Shown: one piece after another, positions 27,628 through 37,965 of the stretch
Numbering within the stretch: the stretch's first letter is position 1
How the letters are laid out: each line of letters opens with the position of its first letter
Assembly (NCBI GenBank): GCA_963764625.1
Contig: CAVXTH010000007.1
Coordinates: 1-64,000 of the forward strand
Length of the DNA stretch: 64,000 bases
Direction: 5' to 3'
Source: Candidatus Krumholzibacteriota bacterium
GTDB taxonomy: Bacteria; Krumholzibacteriota; Krumholzibacteriia; JAJRXK01
Notes under the pieces: generated by a model
What the model was told of the DNA's origin: nothing
What the model saw: the letters and a program-made list of their open reading frames with translations, nothing else
The model's database searches: none
Made by a program: the position numbers and the translations under genes

Positions 27628-28236
27628 ATGCGACGCTTCTCACACCCACGGGTTTTGACCCTCGCGTTCCTCTTCTCCTTGCTCGTCTTTGCCACCGCTT
27701 CTGGGGCCAAGAACGATCGCCACCAGGAACGGATCGCCAAGCAGAAGGTCGATGTACCTCTGGACAAGATCCGGGTGAGCGACGGAGACACCATGGTCAT
27801 CGATTGGGCCGAAGGTGACCGCGAGCGGGTTCGCGTGCTCGGAATCGATACTCCCGAGATCGCGCACGAAGGACACTTTCTCACCGAGGACCAAGCTCAC
27901 GGACAAGATGCGCGCGAATTCGCCACCAAACTGTTCGCCCAGGCCAAGCACATTCAACTGTTGCGCGCGGACCAGACCGACACCTACGGCCGCACCCTGG
28001 GATTCTTTTTTTTGGACGGAGAGAACTACTCACCGATCATCCTGCGCGCCCGCCTGGCCTACGAGACGGTGAGTCACTACGGTGATAACGGCTTTCCCGA
28101 GGAAGCGGCCGCGTGCTTGAAGGCGGCGCAAGAGGCGCTGAAGCAGGGCAAGTTGGATTTCGAGCAGCCCTATCTCTTCCGAAAGATGATGCGCGAGCGT
28201 CAGGACGCCGAGAAAGCCAAAGCGGACAAGCACTAG
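27628..28236 (+). CDS. secreted thermonuclease (SNase-like)
   Basis: Signal peptide; SDGDT, RVRVLGIDTPE, DTYGRTLG; RBS ggagg. Confidence 0.9.
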   Translation: MRRFSHPRVLTLAFLFSLLVFATASGAKNDRHQERIAKQKVDVPLDKIRVSDGDTMVIDWAEGDRERVRVLGIDTPEIAHEGHFLTEDQAHGQDAREFATKLFAQAKHIQLLRADQTDTYGRTLGFFFLDGENYSPIILRARLAYETVSHYGDNGFPEEAAACLKAAQEALKQGKLDFEQPYLFRKMMRERQDAEKAKADKH

Positions 28237-29486
28237 CCCGAAGACGAAACCACCGTCTCACCCAGGGTCTCGGTGAGAACGCGAAGAAGACGCTCTCCGC
28301 GTGAATCAGGACCGTAGTGCGTACGCACGAATTCGTAACCGTTTTGGGCGAGTTCGGTGGCGCGGTCTTCCTCTTGAAGGAAGCGCCAGGCGCGCACCCA
28401 CTCCGCGGGATTCTCGGCCTGCAGATAGTGAACCCCCGCCTCGGCTCCCGACCCTCGGGCGGCTACCGGTGTGCAGATCACCGGACGCCCGGCGGCCTGG
28501 GCCTCCAGCATGCGGTAGCGTAGGCCTCCCGCGTAGTCCAGAGGAACCACCACCGCGTCACAGCTCTGCAGCTCGGTCTTCAGGTCGTCCACCCACCCCA
28601 CCGCGATGGCGCCGACCTTCTCGATCGTGCGCTTCAATTTCGAATCGAGATCGGCGCCGGCGACACGAAGTTGGGGAGGGTGTTCGAGTCCACGTAAAAT
28701 CGTGGGCCAACTCTCTTGCAGGAAGCGCTCGAGACCGTCTCGATTGAAACTGGCCGACCAGTGTCCGTAGCAGAGCCAGCGTTGGGGCGCATCGGGCTCG
28801 CGCACTGGGGGCTCGAGAGGTCGGGGACCGACCGGCACCACCGCGGGCCAGAGCCCCAGAGCAGGGCGGGTTGTAGATTCCATGGTGTCCAGGGCATGTG
28901 AAGCCAGCCGGAGATCGTCCTCGGTCAGGCACAGGAGTGCGTCGCAAATGAGCAGTGCCGCCTTTTCCGCCTCGCGTAGGCGACGGGCCGTCCGGGGCAG
29001 GGGTCCCTCGGGATCTCGTCCCAAGCGCGCCGCTTCCCGCTGGTACTCCAGATCGGAGAGCACGAGGACACGCCGCCCCTCAGGGCCCAATGCCACTGCG
29101 GGAGCCTGAAACCAGAAGGGGCCGACCACGATGGCGCTTGGATCGGCCTTCGCCTCTTCGGCCACCATCCCTCGCATGCGCGGTGTACAGCCGTAGATTT
29201 GAATCCTCGGCACCTGCTCGCGCCAGGCTCGCAGCTCGGACCAGGTCCGCCGCCGCAAGCGGGACAGCGGGCGCGAATCGGCCCAACTCTCATCCAGCCG
29301 CACGCGAAAGCCCTCGCTCTCCAGCTGACGGCAGGCGGCCTTGCTTCCCGGTCCGGCCCTGGAGATCCAACAGACCTCGCCCAGAGCACGCAGACTCCGC
29401 GCGAGTTCCAGCATGAACCGTCGACTTCCCTGGTTGGCGGGCCAGGGGAGGACCGCGGTGCTCAGGATGAAGCGCACGCGGCTCAT
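28233..29486 (-). CDS. glycosyltransferase family 4 protein
   Basis: GT-B C-terminal motif VVVPL..GGLRYRMLEAQAAGRPVICT; overlaps upstream GT. Confidence 0.85.
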   Translation of the reverse strand: MSRVRFILSTAVLPWPANQGSRRFMLELARSLRALGEVCWISRAGPGSKAACRQLESEGFRVRLDESWADSRPLSRLRRRTWSELRAWREQVPRIQIYGCTPRMRGMVAEEAKADPSAIVVGPFWFQAPAVALGPEGRRVLVLSDLEYQREAARLGRDPEGPLPRTARRLREAEKAALLICDALLCLTEDDLRLASHALDTMESTTRPALGLWPAVVPVGPRPLEPPVREPDAPQRWLCYGHWSASFNRDGLERFLQESWPTILRGLEHPPQLRVAGADLDSKLKRTIEKVGAIAVGWVDDLKTELQSCDAVVVPLDYAGGLRYRMLEAQAAGRPVICTPVAARGSGAEAGVHYLQAENPAEWVRAWRFLQEEDRATELAQNGYEFVRTHYGPDSRGERLLRVLTETLGETVVSSSG

Positions 29487-30637
29487 GGCATCTCTCCGCG
29501 GTGCACGGCGAGAGTCGCCTGAGTCATCGAAGAAAGAGTGTGATGCTCGCAGTATCTCCGCCGGCCCTCACGCCCGAAACGAATGCGGGTTCCGCGATCG
29601 CCGAGGAGCTCACCCAGCGCGAAACTCAGACCGCGCGGATCGCCCGGTGAGACCAGTAGGCCGTTCTCTTCGTGGACCAGGAGCTCTTTGACCCCGTCCA
29701 CGTCGGTGGCCAGAAGCGGAAGTCCCTGGCAGAGTCCCTCGAGAAGAGAAAGCGGCATTCCCTCCCTTCGGCTGGCCAGCACCATGAGATCGCAGGCGCG
29801 CAGGATCGCCGGCACGTCGTCGCGGTGTCCGGCCAGGTGAACGCGCTCTTGTAGCCCGCAGACGTCGATCTGCTCTTCCAAGCGTGTACGGTCGGGGCCT
29901 TCCCCCACGAACCACATCTGAAACGAGGCGCCTTCGCGCGCCAGACGCGACAGGGCGTCGATGATCACGTCTCCGCCCTTGCGCGGATCGAGCGCTCCCA
30001 GCTGCACGATCCGCGGGCCGCCGCCCCGCTCGCGCGCCGACAGCTCATGGGGTATCGGCGCCTTCGCTTGGGCCCAGATCGTCCCTTCCGGATTGGTGTC
30101 CGGCACTCCGTTGAGAATCGTCACGGCTTTCGCGGGCGAGTAGTGAAAGGTGTCGGTGAGAATCCGTTGGTGGGCTTCACACACCGCGATGGAGGTGTCG
30201 ACAGCCTTGACCCCGATCCGTTTGGCCCAGAATCGCTTGCCCACTTTGCCCACGCCGGGAAGGTGCTCGGTAACGACGATGCGTTCCACTTTCGCGAACT
30301 TGGCGGCCACCGGGGCCAACCCGAAGATGCCGTCGTAGGGGTGGGGAAAGTTGAAATGCACCAGTCGCGGGCGCAGGAATACGAGCTCGCGATAGAGTTC
30401 TCTCCACCGCGCGCGCCAGCTCCCTTCGTGCAGCCGGCGGACGGCGAATCCCCGCGCTTCGAGTTGCTCGAGCCAGGGCAAAAGAGTGGGCCGCGCCACC
30501 GCGATCAGACCCAGTTGCTCGGGCGTGGCCGCTTCCAGATGCCATTGGAGGTAGGTTTCGGCCCCCCCAAAATAGGGCGCGTCGCAGTAGAACCAGTGGG
30601 GTGGGGGTGAGGCGGTAGTCATGACCGCCGAGACCAT
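29483..30637 (-). CDS. glycosyltransferase family 4 protein
   Basis: GGAE, NGV, GALDPRKG, SRREGMPLSLLEGLCQGLP..TDVDG. Confidence 0.9.
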   Translation of the reverse strand: MVSAVMTTASPPPHWFYCDAPYFGGAETYLQWHLEAATPEQLGLIAVARPTLLPWLEQLEARGFAVRRLHEGSWRARWRELYRELVFLRPRLVHFNFPHPYDGIFGLAPVAAKFAKVERIVVTEHLPGVGKVGKRFWAKRIGVKAVDTSIAVCEAHQRILTDTFHYSPAKAVTILNGVPDTNPEGTIWAQAKAPIPHELSARERGGGPRIVQLGALDPRKGGDVIIDALSRLAREGASFQMWFVGEGPDRTRLEEQIDVCGLQERVHLAGHRDDVPAILRACDLMVLASRREGMPLSLLEGLCQGLPLLATDVDGVKELLVHEENGLLVSPGDPRGLSFALGELLGDRGTRIRFGREGRRRYCEHHTLSSMTQATLAVHRGEMP

Positions 30638-30648
30638 GACACAGAGAG

Positions 30649-30678
30649 AAGCCCCACGTCCAGATCGACGTGGGGCTT
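30649..30678 (-). terminator. intrinsic terminator downstream of the PDZ gene
   Basis: Perfect 12-bp inverted repeat aagccccacgtc/gacgtggggctt with 6-nt loop, followed on the minus strand by a pyrimidine tract (ctctctgt). Confidence 0.65.
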
Positions 30679-30727
30679 GGGTTCAAGTGAGAGTCGTGCT
30701 ACTGCGCAGAGCCAATCCGAGGATCAC

Positions 30728-31738
30728 TCAATTGGCGTTCTTCTCCTCGAGCAGCTTCTGGAGCTTCTCTTCGATCTTCTCCAACCTCTCCTGCACTTTT
30801 TGCAACTCCACCTGCTTGTTCTCGAGCTGCTTCTGGTAATCCTCCATCGCCTTCTCGTATTCCGGAGCGATGATCCCCACGCTGGTGTCTCCGTCGTCAC
30901 CTCCCTGGCTGTAGAAGCGGAAGGTGTGTGGGGGGGGATCGAAGTCGTAGTGAATGCCCTTGTTGAAGTTCTTGTTGAAGTTGAAGTTGAAGTCCTTGCC
31001 GTCCAGGGGGAAGAACCCATTTCCCTCGTTCTTCTCCGGCTTGGCCTTGATCGTGGTGCTCTTGCCCTGGCGCAGAACGCTCAGGGTGATCGTATCGCCT
31101 TCCTTGATCTCTCTGAGCTTCTTGCGCAGGTCGGAGATATCGTTGACTTCCTGGTTGTCGATGCGGGTGATGATGTCATACGACTTGAGTCCCGCCTTCT
31201 CCGCCGGGGAGTCCTCGATGATCGAACGCACCAGGAGCCCCTGACCTTCCTTCAGACCGAGCTGGGCCGCTAGCGCCTCGTCGACTTCACCGATGGTGAC
31301 ACCTAGGTAGAGGCCGCGCTTGAGACCGGAGACCGCGAAGGCGTGCGGTCTGTCGCCCGCAACGTTCGAGGAGTAGGTGACGTTCCCTTCGTCGTCGACG
31401 ATGCACTGGTAGACCACTCGGCCTTCGTCATCGAGGACGATCCGGGTATTGCCATGCTTCACAATGCGATCCTCGGAGAGGGGTTCGCCGTCCTCGAGAA
31501 TCGTGTACTTTCCGTTTTCGACCTTCACCCCGTAGGAGTGGTGGGACCCATCGTCGTTCACGATCTCGATCCGGTTGCCGCTGATCTTGGTCTCGGTGTC
31601 GGTTCTGGTGTCGGTCTTAGTGGTGGTCTTGGACTGCGCGGGTGCGGCGTTCGCCAGCGCACCCCACAGGGCCAGAGCGCCCATCACGAAGAGCACCGCG
31701 ACCACGATTTGGATGATTCGTTCCTTCTTCGCGTTCAC
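30728..31738 (-). CDS. exported PDZ-domain protein with coiled-coil tail
   Basis: N-terminal hydrophobic segment; YLGVTI..GLLVRSI..SPAEKAGLKSYDII PDZ; no trypsin domain visible. Confidence 0.85.
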   Translation of the reverse strand: MNAKKERIIQIVVAVLFVMGALALWGALANAAPAQSKTTTKTDTRTDTETKISGNRIEIVNDDGSHHSYGVKVENGKYTILEDGEPLSEDRIVKHGNTRIVLDDEGRVVYQCIVDDEGNVTYSSNVAGDRPHAFAVSGLKRGLYLGVTIGEVDEALAAQLGLKEGQGLLVRSIIEDSPAEKAGLKSYDIITRIDNQEVNDISDLRKKLREIKEGDTITLSVLRQGKSTTIKAKPEKNEGNGFFPLDGKDFNFNFNKNFNKGIHYDFDPPPHTFRFYSQGGDDGDTSVGIIAPEYEKAMEDYQKQLENKQVELQKVQERLEKIEEKLQKLLEEKNAN

Positions 31739-31775
31739 CTTGGTTTCCTCCCAGGCAGGGGGTCATCCCCGGCTT

Positions 31776-32393
31776 CTAGAGTTCTTCGCGTCGTTGGGGC
31801 TCGTCCCGGGCCGGAATGGCCACCGGATTTCCCCATTCGTCGGGCGCTGCTTCATAGAGATTCTGGACCCGCCGCCGTTCGAGGATCCGGCGCAGGTAGA
31901 CGACTTCGGTTCCTTTCCCCTTAGGCGCCGGCTTGCGGTCGACGACCAAAAGCGGAAGTTCCTCCACCAGACGGCCCTCGCGGGTTCCCGCCTGCCGGTA
32001 GAGATCGAGGGCTTGCTGCATCGTCGCGGCCTTGGCCGTCGGTGTGGGGTTCGAAGGAGCGCCGGGGACTCCGGCCAACCAGAGCAAGCTCAGGCATGCC
32101 GCGGCGGCCCAACCGACCCAGGGACCCAGGCGGAAACGGGCAACTCTCGCCGATTCCGAGCGCCGTTTGTGGGCGGCCGTCTCCCGGAGATCGGCCAATT
32201 CCATCGTATTGACCGGGAGCACCGTGCTAGCGACTCCCAGGTTCAGCTCGTTTTGGTCCTTGAGCGAGAGGGCCAGGCGGTGCCAGAGTTCCGGATCCCG
32301 CCGGGCTTTCTCCTCGAGTTCGTCCCAAGCGGCCGGTTCGGCGCAGCCGCTCAGTACGCGATGAAAAAGGGTGGCTTCGTGTCTCATCTTCAT
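31776..32393 (-). CDS. putative single-pass anti-sigma factor
   Basis: ATG 32393 overlaps the sigma stop, RBS aaggag; one TM (WVGWAAAACLSLLWL); position directly after an ECF gene. Confidence 0.7.
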   Translation of the reverse strand: MKMRHEATLFHRVLSGCAEPAAWDELEEKARRDPELWHRLALSLKDQNELNLGVASTVLPVNTMELADLRETAAHKRRSESARVARFRLGPWVGWAAAACLSLLWLAGVPGAPSNPTPTAKAATMQQALDLYRQAGTREGRLVEELPLLVVDRKPAPKGKGTEVVYLRRILERRRVQNLYEAAPDEWGNPVAIPARDEPQRREEL

Positions 32394-32983
32394 TCTCCTT
32401 GCCGTGCCATCGCGGCCGAGGCGGCGGGAACGGGGGCGGACAGCTTCTTCCGCAAAAGGCGGCGCGCCCGGACCAAGCGGGTTTCCACTGTGGTCTCGGG
32501 CAACTGCAGGCTCTGGGCGATCTTCCTCTGGCTCATGCCCTCCAGAACGCGTAGGAGCAGGGGCTCTTGGTACTCGGTGGGCAGCTCGCGGGCTGCGGCC
32601 AGCGCCTTCTGGGCGGCCAGGCCGGCTTCGAGGGCGGCGATGCTGCGCTCGGCGGAGTCGTCGGCGATGGTGTGATGATGGGTTTCGAGGCGGCTGAGGA
32701 TCCGGCGTCTCAGGCCCGCTTTTCGTCCCGCCGTACGGGCAGTATTGAGCGCCACCTGCCGTAACCACGGCCGCAGCTTCGCCGGATCCTCCAGACTCTG
32801 AATTCCCGCCACCACCTTCAACGCGACCTCCTGCAACAAATCTTCGAGTTCGCCCTCGCGGGGCATGTGCGCCAGAAGAACCACCGCGAGCCAGCGCCGG
32901 TGCTCTCTCCACAGCCGATCTAGGGCCGCGGCATCTCCAGCCTGGATTTGCTGGAGGAGCTGGACTTCGGAATTTTGTTCCAT
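32390..32983 (-). CDS. ECF RNA polymerase sigma factor
   Basis: GDAAA, EDLLQEV, PWLRQVALN (region 2); ELPTEYQ..EGMSQRKIA..TVETRLVRARR (region 4). Confidence 0.92.
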   Translation of the reverse strand: MEQNSEVQLLQQIQAGDAAALDRLWREHRRWLAVVLLAHMPREGELEDLLQEVALKVVAGIQSLEDPAKLRPWLRQVALNTARTAGRKAGLRRRILSRLETHHHTIADDSAERSIAALEAGLAAQKALAAARELPTEYQEPLLLRVLEGMSQRKIAQSLQLPETTVETRLVRARRLLRKKLSAPVPAASAAMARQGE

Positions 32984-33181
32984 CTATCCACTAGGACGCG
33001 TGAGGAAAAAGGTTCCGTCCAAAAAAATCCGACCTCGACCCAGGAAGTCGCACCGGGCCGGCCGCGACGGTTTCTTGTCCGGCCCCTACTCAGTTCCTAC
33101 TGTGGGGCGAATCCCACGACCGAGATCCAGGAGCGCTCCCCTCGCGACGGACTCCAGTCCCCCAACCCCCAAGAGTGAGCC

Positions 33182-34321
33182 ATGGACTACGATTTCAACG
33201 AACGCGAAACGATGATCCGCGACCTGACCCGTAAGATCGCGAAAGAGAAGGTCTTACCCGTGCGGGCCGAGTTGGACGAAAAGAGCGAGTTTCCAACCGA
33301 GGCCATGGCGGCCATGGCTCAGGCCGATCTCTTCCGGGTGTTCATTCCCGAGGCCTACGAGGGAATCGGCGGGGGATGCATGGAGATCTGCATCGTGGCC
33401 GAAGAGCTGAGCCGGGTCTGCGCCGGGGTGGCCACCACCTATTCCGCCAATGCGTTGGCGGCCCAGCCCATCGTCATTTCGGGCAACGAGGAGCAGAAGC
33501 GCAAGTATCTGTCGCGGATCGCGAGCGGGAAGAGTTTCGCGGCTTTCGCCCTCACCGAGCCCGGGGCAGGAAGCGATGCCGGCGCAATCCAGACCACGGC
33601 CAAGGAGACCGACACCGGCTACGTGCTCAACGGGACCAAGCAGTTCATCACCAACGGGGAAGTCGCCGAGATCTACACCGTGCTGGCCAGCACCGATCCC
33701 TCGCGCGGAGCCCGCGGTCTTAGCGCCTTCATCGTCGAAAAGGGAACGCCTGGTTTTTCCTTCGGTAAGGAGGAAAACAAGATGGGAATCCGCGCGTCGA
33801 AGACCACTGAGCTCATCTTCCAGGACTGCGAAATCCCCAAGGAAAACCTTCTGGGGCGCAAGGGCGCCGGCTTTCTGACCGCGATGAAGACCTTCGACCA
33901 TACCCGCCCCGGGGTGGGAGCCCAGGCGGTGGGGATCGCCCAGGGCGCCCTGGACGAGGCCATCCACTACGCCAAAGAGCGCGAGCAGTTCGGCAAACCC
34001 ATCACCGCCTTCCAGGGAATCCAGTTCATGATCGCGGACATGGCCACCCAGATCGAGGCGGCGCGTGCGCTGGTCTACGCCACCGCCCGCATGATCGACC
34101 GTGGGGTGAAGAACACCGCGCGTGAATCGGCCATGGCCAAGCTCTTTGCCAGCGACATGGCGATGAAAGTGACCACCGATGCGGTGCAGGTCGTCGGGGG
34201 CTACGGCTACATGCGCGACTACCCCATGGAGAAGTTCATGCGGGACGCCAAGATCACCCAGATCTACGAAGGTACGAACCAGATTCAACGCCTCGTGGTG
34301 GCCAACGCGGAACTGAAGTAG
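33182..34321 (+). CDS. acyl-CoA dehydrogenase (butyryl-CoA dehydrogenase-like)
   Basis: FALTEPGAGSDA, NGTKQFITNG, KMGIRAS, REQFGKPI, GGYGY, IYEGTNQIQR. Confidence 0.96.
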   Translation: MDYDFNERETMIRDLTRKIAKEKVLPVRAELDEKSEFPTEAMAAMAQADLFRVFIPEAYEGIGGGCMEICIVAEELSRVCAGVATTYSANALAAQPIVISGNEEQKRKYLSRIASGKSFAAFALTEPGAGSDAGAIQTTAKETDTGYVLNGTKQFITNGEVAEIYTVLASTDPSRGARGLSAFIVEKGTPGFSFGKEENKMGIRASKTTELIFQDCEIPKENLLGRKGAGFLTAMKTFDHTRPGVGAQAVGIAQGALDEAIHYAKEREQFGKPITAFQGIQFMIADMATQIEAARALVYATARMIDRGVKNTARESAMAKLFASDMAMKVTTDAVQVVGGYGYMRDYPMEKFMRDAKITQIYEGTNQIQRLVVANAELK

Positions 34322-34376
34322 CTCGTCACCGATACCCTAAGAGACGCGTGGCTCGCCGAGTTGGTGGGCTACGCTC

Positions 34377-35468
34377 TCAACCCAACCAGCCCTTCCTCTT
34401 GAAATACAGAAGCAGGACCACTGCGACCGCGATCATCAGACCGAGCGCGAACGGGTAGCCGAAATACCAATTGAGTTCTGGCAGATTCCAGGGTGATTTC
34501 TCGGTATTGAAGTTCATGCCATAGACACCGGCGATAAACGAGAGTGGAATGAACAGGGTCGCGATGATGGTGAGTACCTTCATGACCTCGTTCATGCGAT
34601 TGCTCACGATGGAAAGATAGAGGTCCATGAGTCCGGAGCTGACGTCGCGATAGGATTCGACGATGTCCATGAGCCGCAGAGCGTGATCGTAACAGTCCCT
34701 GAGATACACTTGCGTCGATTCATCGATCAGGCCGCTTTCATCGCGGGACAGTGAACCCACCAGTTCGCGTAATGGCCAGATGTATCGTCTGAGAGTGGCC
34801 AGATCGCGCTTGACTTCATGCAGTTTCGCGATCGTCGCCTGGTTCTGGTGCTCGAGCACATCGGCCTCGAGTTCTTCGAGCAGATCACCGTAGTGCTCGA
34901 GCAAGGGAAAGTATGCGTCCACGATCGCGTCTAACATGGCATAGGCCAGATAACTGGATGAGCCGCCGCGGATTCTCTGGCGTCCTTCCCTAATGCGCAC
35001 GCGGACCGGTTCCAGGCAATCGCCTTTCTGCTCCTGGAATGTGAGCACGAACCCCGGGCCCAACAGAAGACTGAACTGCTCGGTCTCCAGGGAGTCGTTC
35101 GATCGTAGCATGCGAAGTACGATCAACCGGTGATCTCCGTAGTCATCCACTTTGGGGCGTTGATTCACGTGCACGATGTCTTCGACGGCCAAGAGGTGCA
35201 TGTCGAAGGCGTCAGCGACCCTTTGGATCACCGTTTCATCGCCCAGACCGTCCACGTTGACCCAGGTCACGGCGTGCTCGTGCACCCGCCCACGCAAGGA
35301 CGCGAGATCGGTCACGTCCTCCTCGATGAGATTCTGCTCGTCGTAGGCCACCAGCCGGACCGCGCTGGCGGCAGCGTCGGGGTCCGGGAAGATCGTTCCG
35401 GGCGAGGCACCGACCGGGGCACGGCGCTTGGCTAGGTTCCTGTGCTTCTTGGAGTTGCGTTTCATCAC
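34377..35468 (-). CDS. corA: magnesium/cobalt transporter CorA
   Basis: QRPKVDDY, MNEVMKVLT, YGMNF signature, two C-terminal TMs. Confidence 0.96.
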   Translation of the reverse strand: MMKRNSKKHRNLAKRRAPVGASPGTIFPDPDAAASAVRLVAYDEQNLIEEDVTDLASLRGRVHEHAVTWVNVDGLGDETVIQRVADAFDMHLLAVEDIVHVNQRPKVDDYGDHRLIVLRMLRSNDSLETEQFSLLLGPGFVLTFQEQKGDCLEPVRVRIREGRQRIRGGSSSYLAYAMLDAIVDAYFPLLEHYGDLLEELEADVLEHQNQATIAKLHEVKRDLATLRRYIWPLRELVGSLSRDESGLIDESTQVYLRDCYDHALRLMDIVESYRDVSSGLMDLYLSIVSNRMNEVMKVLTIIATLFIPLSFIAGVYGMNFNTEKSPWNLPELNWYFGYPFALGLMIAVAVVLLLYFKRKGWLG

Positions 35469-35882
35469 AGAATCCTCGCGTGGGTAGGTCGAGATTGCCC
35501 TGAATCACCCCGTCTGGGCCCGAGCGCGGAGCGGAGGGAATCATAGCAGAACCACCTCATGAGGAAAGCTCGGGCTGAAATGAGAAAGATCAGCGCTCGA
35601 GGGGGAGGATCCGACGAATTCTCGTCTTTGTAGGAGAGTCCATTGCTCCTTCGGCGCTGGTCCCACCCCGCCGATCGAGTTGGGCTCCCGGGGATGGGGG
35701 GACCACGTGAGGAAAGGGAGCCTCCTCTACGGGGCCGCCCCTCCCCCTCGTTTTCTTCCTCCGCATGGCTCTCCACCCGAGTCGCTAGACGGTTCGACGA
35801 GCCAAGGGGTATCGTCAACGCGTCTGGACTTCACTGTTCACTGACTGATTGATATCTCGATCCTCGCACTGAGGGGTTTCCC

Positions 35883-37214
35883 ATGAATTCCCTGTTTCAC
35901 CAGCGGCAGATTCGGCGCTTTGTCGAACTGCTGGTCCTTACCCTCTGCCTTCCCTGCGTTTTCACCAGCTCATCCCGCGCCGCGGTTTCTCCTGATCAAG
36001 CGGAGCACTTGATCATCTGTCCCGCGGCCTTCGTGCCCCAATTCGAGGTCTTGGCGAATCACCGCACTTTCGTGGCCGACTTGCCCAGCTGTGTGGTGAC
36101 TCTCGAAGATGTCCTGACTAGCGCGCCCGCTGGACGCGATGACGCCGAGACTCTCCGCAACTACCTGATCCAGCAGTATGCACTGGGCCATCTTCGCTAC
36201 GTTCTCTTGGGCGGCGATAGTGGTGTCATGCCGGTGCGCTTTGCGAGGAGCGCCTTCAATCCCTATGGAGGTTATACGGACTTAGAAACGGACCTTTATT
36301 TCGCTTGCCTGGACGGCGATTGGGACGCTGATGGCGATTCTATTTTCGGCGAAGGATATACTACCTACGATGATCCGGGCGACGACGTGGACCTGAGTCC
36401 AGAACTCGCCGTGGGCCGTGCACCCGTCAACTCCATTGCTCAGGCAGAGCGCTTTGTTCAGGGCGTTATTTCGTATGACACCCTGAATCCTGCCCCTCAT
36501 CTCGCATCGGCTGCGATGCTCGCGGAGGTCCTCTTCCCGAGCGATTGGGACGGTACAGAATCGATCAATCTCGATGGAGCAACCTATGCGGAGGACTACG
36601 TGATGGCCTTGGCCACCCATCCCTCTGCACCCATGATCACGCGGATCTACGAAAATTGGAGTGATTATCCTGGATCACAGCCACTGACAACGGCCGCGGC
36701 GCTCTCTACCCTCGACTCGGGAACCTTTGGTCTTCTGTGCTTCTTGGGGGAGGGTAGTCTCACCAGTCTTCCCGCCGGCAATGGCACGTTCTCCATCACT
36801 CAAATCGATGCTTTGACAAACGCACCGCGCTTTTACTTCGCCATCTCTGCGTCAAACAACTCCGCTTCCTTCTTCGACGATTGTGCCTTAGAACATCTGA
36901 TTCTCGCTGCGGACGGTGGATGTGCTGGGGCAATTGGGTTTACCGAACTGGTGCTCGGTACTGAATTCTCCCAGTACACCAAGGAGTTTCTCCAGCAGGT
37001 TGCTGCAGGTACCGGAATTCTCGTGGGAGATGCCATGCGCTCAGTCCTGCAGCACCATGCCCCCAGCTTGCCCTATGAAACTCTCTGGCGGTGGAACAAC
37101 TTGACTTGGTGCCTTTTAGGAGACCCCGCCACTCCCTTTCGGACGGAGTTGTTGCCGATCCCTGCGAAGGCGACGAGTCTGGGCGGTTTGAAGGCGCGGT
37201 TCAGGCGGCGCTAG
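35883..37214 (+). CDS. peptidase C25 (gingipain) family protein, catalytic residues apparently substituted
   Basis: Signal peptide; YVLLGGD, TDLYFACLDGDWDADGD, ELAVGRAP, GGCAG, LLGDP; the expected His/Cys positions read GEG and ASNN. Confidence 0.85.
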   Translation: MNSLFHQRQIRRFVELLVLTLCLPCVFTSSSRAAVSPDQAEHLIICPAAFVPQFEVLANHRTFVADLPSCVVTLEDVLTSAPAGRDDAETLRNYLIQQYALGHLRYVLLGGDSGVMPVRFARSAFNPYGGYTDLETDLYFACLDGDWDADGDSIFGEGYTTYDDPGDDVDLSPELAVGRAPVNSIAQAERFVQGVISYDTLNPAPHLASAAMLAEVLFPSDWDGTESINLDGATYAEDYVMALATHPSAPMITRIYENWSDYPGSQPLTTAAALSTLDSGTFGLLCFLGEGSLTSLPAGNGTFSITQIDALTNAPRFYFAISASNNSASFFDDCALEHLILAADGGCAGAIGFTELVLGTEFSQYTKEFLQQVAAGTGILVGDAMRSVLQHHAPSLPYETLWRWNNLTWCLLGDPATPFRTELLPIPAKATSLGGLKARFRRR

Positions 37215-37430
37215 CAAATTCCCCATTTCTTGCGCGGAGAGCTTCGCGCCGAAATGCCTGGCGGATGCAAGTACGGCCAGTGGGGTTCCCTCTTCGCTCG
37301 CGTGCGCCGTATTCTTCCACATGAGGCTCCTCTGACTCTCTCGATGGGAGGCACGTCGTGCTTTGCCGGCGATGAGTCGAGCTGGTCGTTCTTGGATTCT
37401 TGCTCCTCGCGAGCCACTGGTTCCTATCCT

Positions 37431-37812
37431 CCGCCAACGCCGACTGCGGACTGATGGGGGCGTTTCCGACCAATTGCGACACCAAGCTGGAGCTTCCGGC
37501 GGGGGAGACATCCCACAGGGACAGCCGACGGGCCTTCGCACTCGGTTGCTGGGAACTGCTCCCAATCCCTTCAACCCACGCACCCAGATCCGCTTCGAGC
37601 TCGAGCATGCGGCGGACGTACGGCTTCAGATTTTCGACGGGGCGGGACGCCTGGTACGCAGCTGGAGTTGGTTCCAGATGGAGGCCGGACTTCACGCGGT
37701 ACCGTGGGATGCCCGTGATGAGCACGGGAATGCGGTTGCGAGCGGGGTGTACCACCTGCGGCTTCTGACCGGTGGAAAGGCGATAGCCCATCCGATGGCG
37801 CTTCTGCTTTGA
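37431..37812 (+). pseudogene. truncated, frameshifted copy of a FlgD-Ig/T9SS-like CTD cassette
   Basis: Encodes ANADCGLMGAFPTNCDTKLE, then shifts frame into PNPFNPRT..VASGVY; no credible 5' portion. Confidence 0.7.
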
Positions 37813-37965
37813 AGCTCGGCGCGGTTGCCGCGAAGACGATTCTCTCGAGCTGTCTACCCGGGTAGAACGCGGGCGCGGGCGTTTTAGCGCCAGGGTTGCC
37901 CCTTTGGCTCCTTTTGAGGTACGCTTGCCGGTGGCTCCTCTCACTCGCGAGATTGGAGGCGCGCC

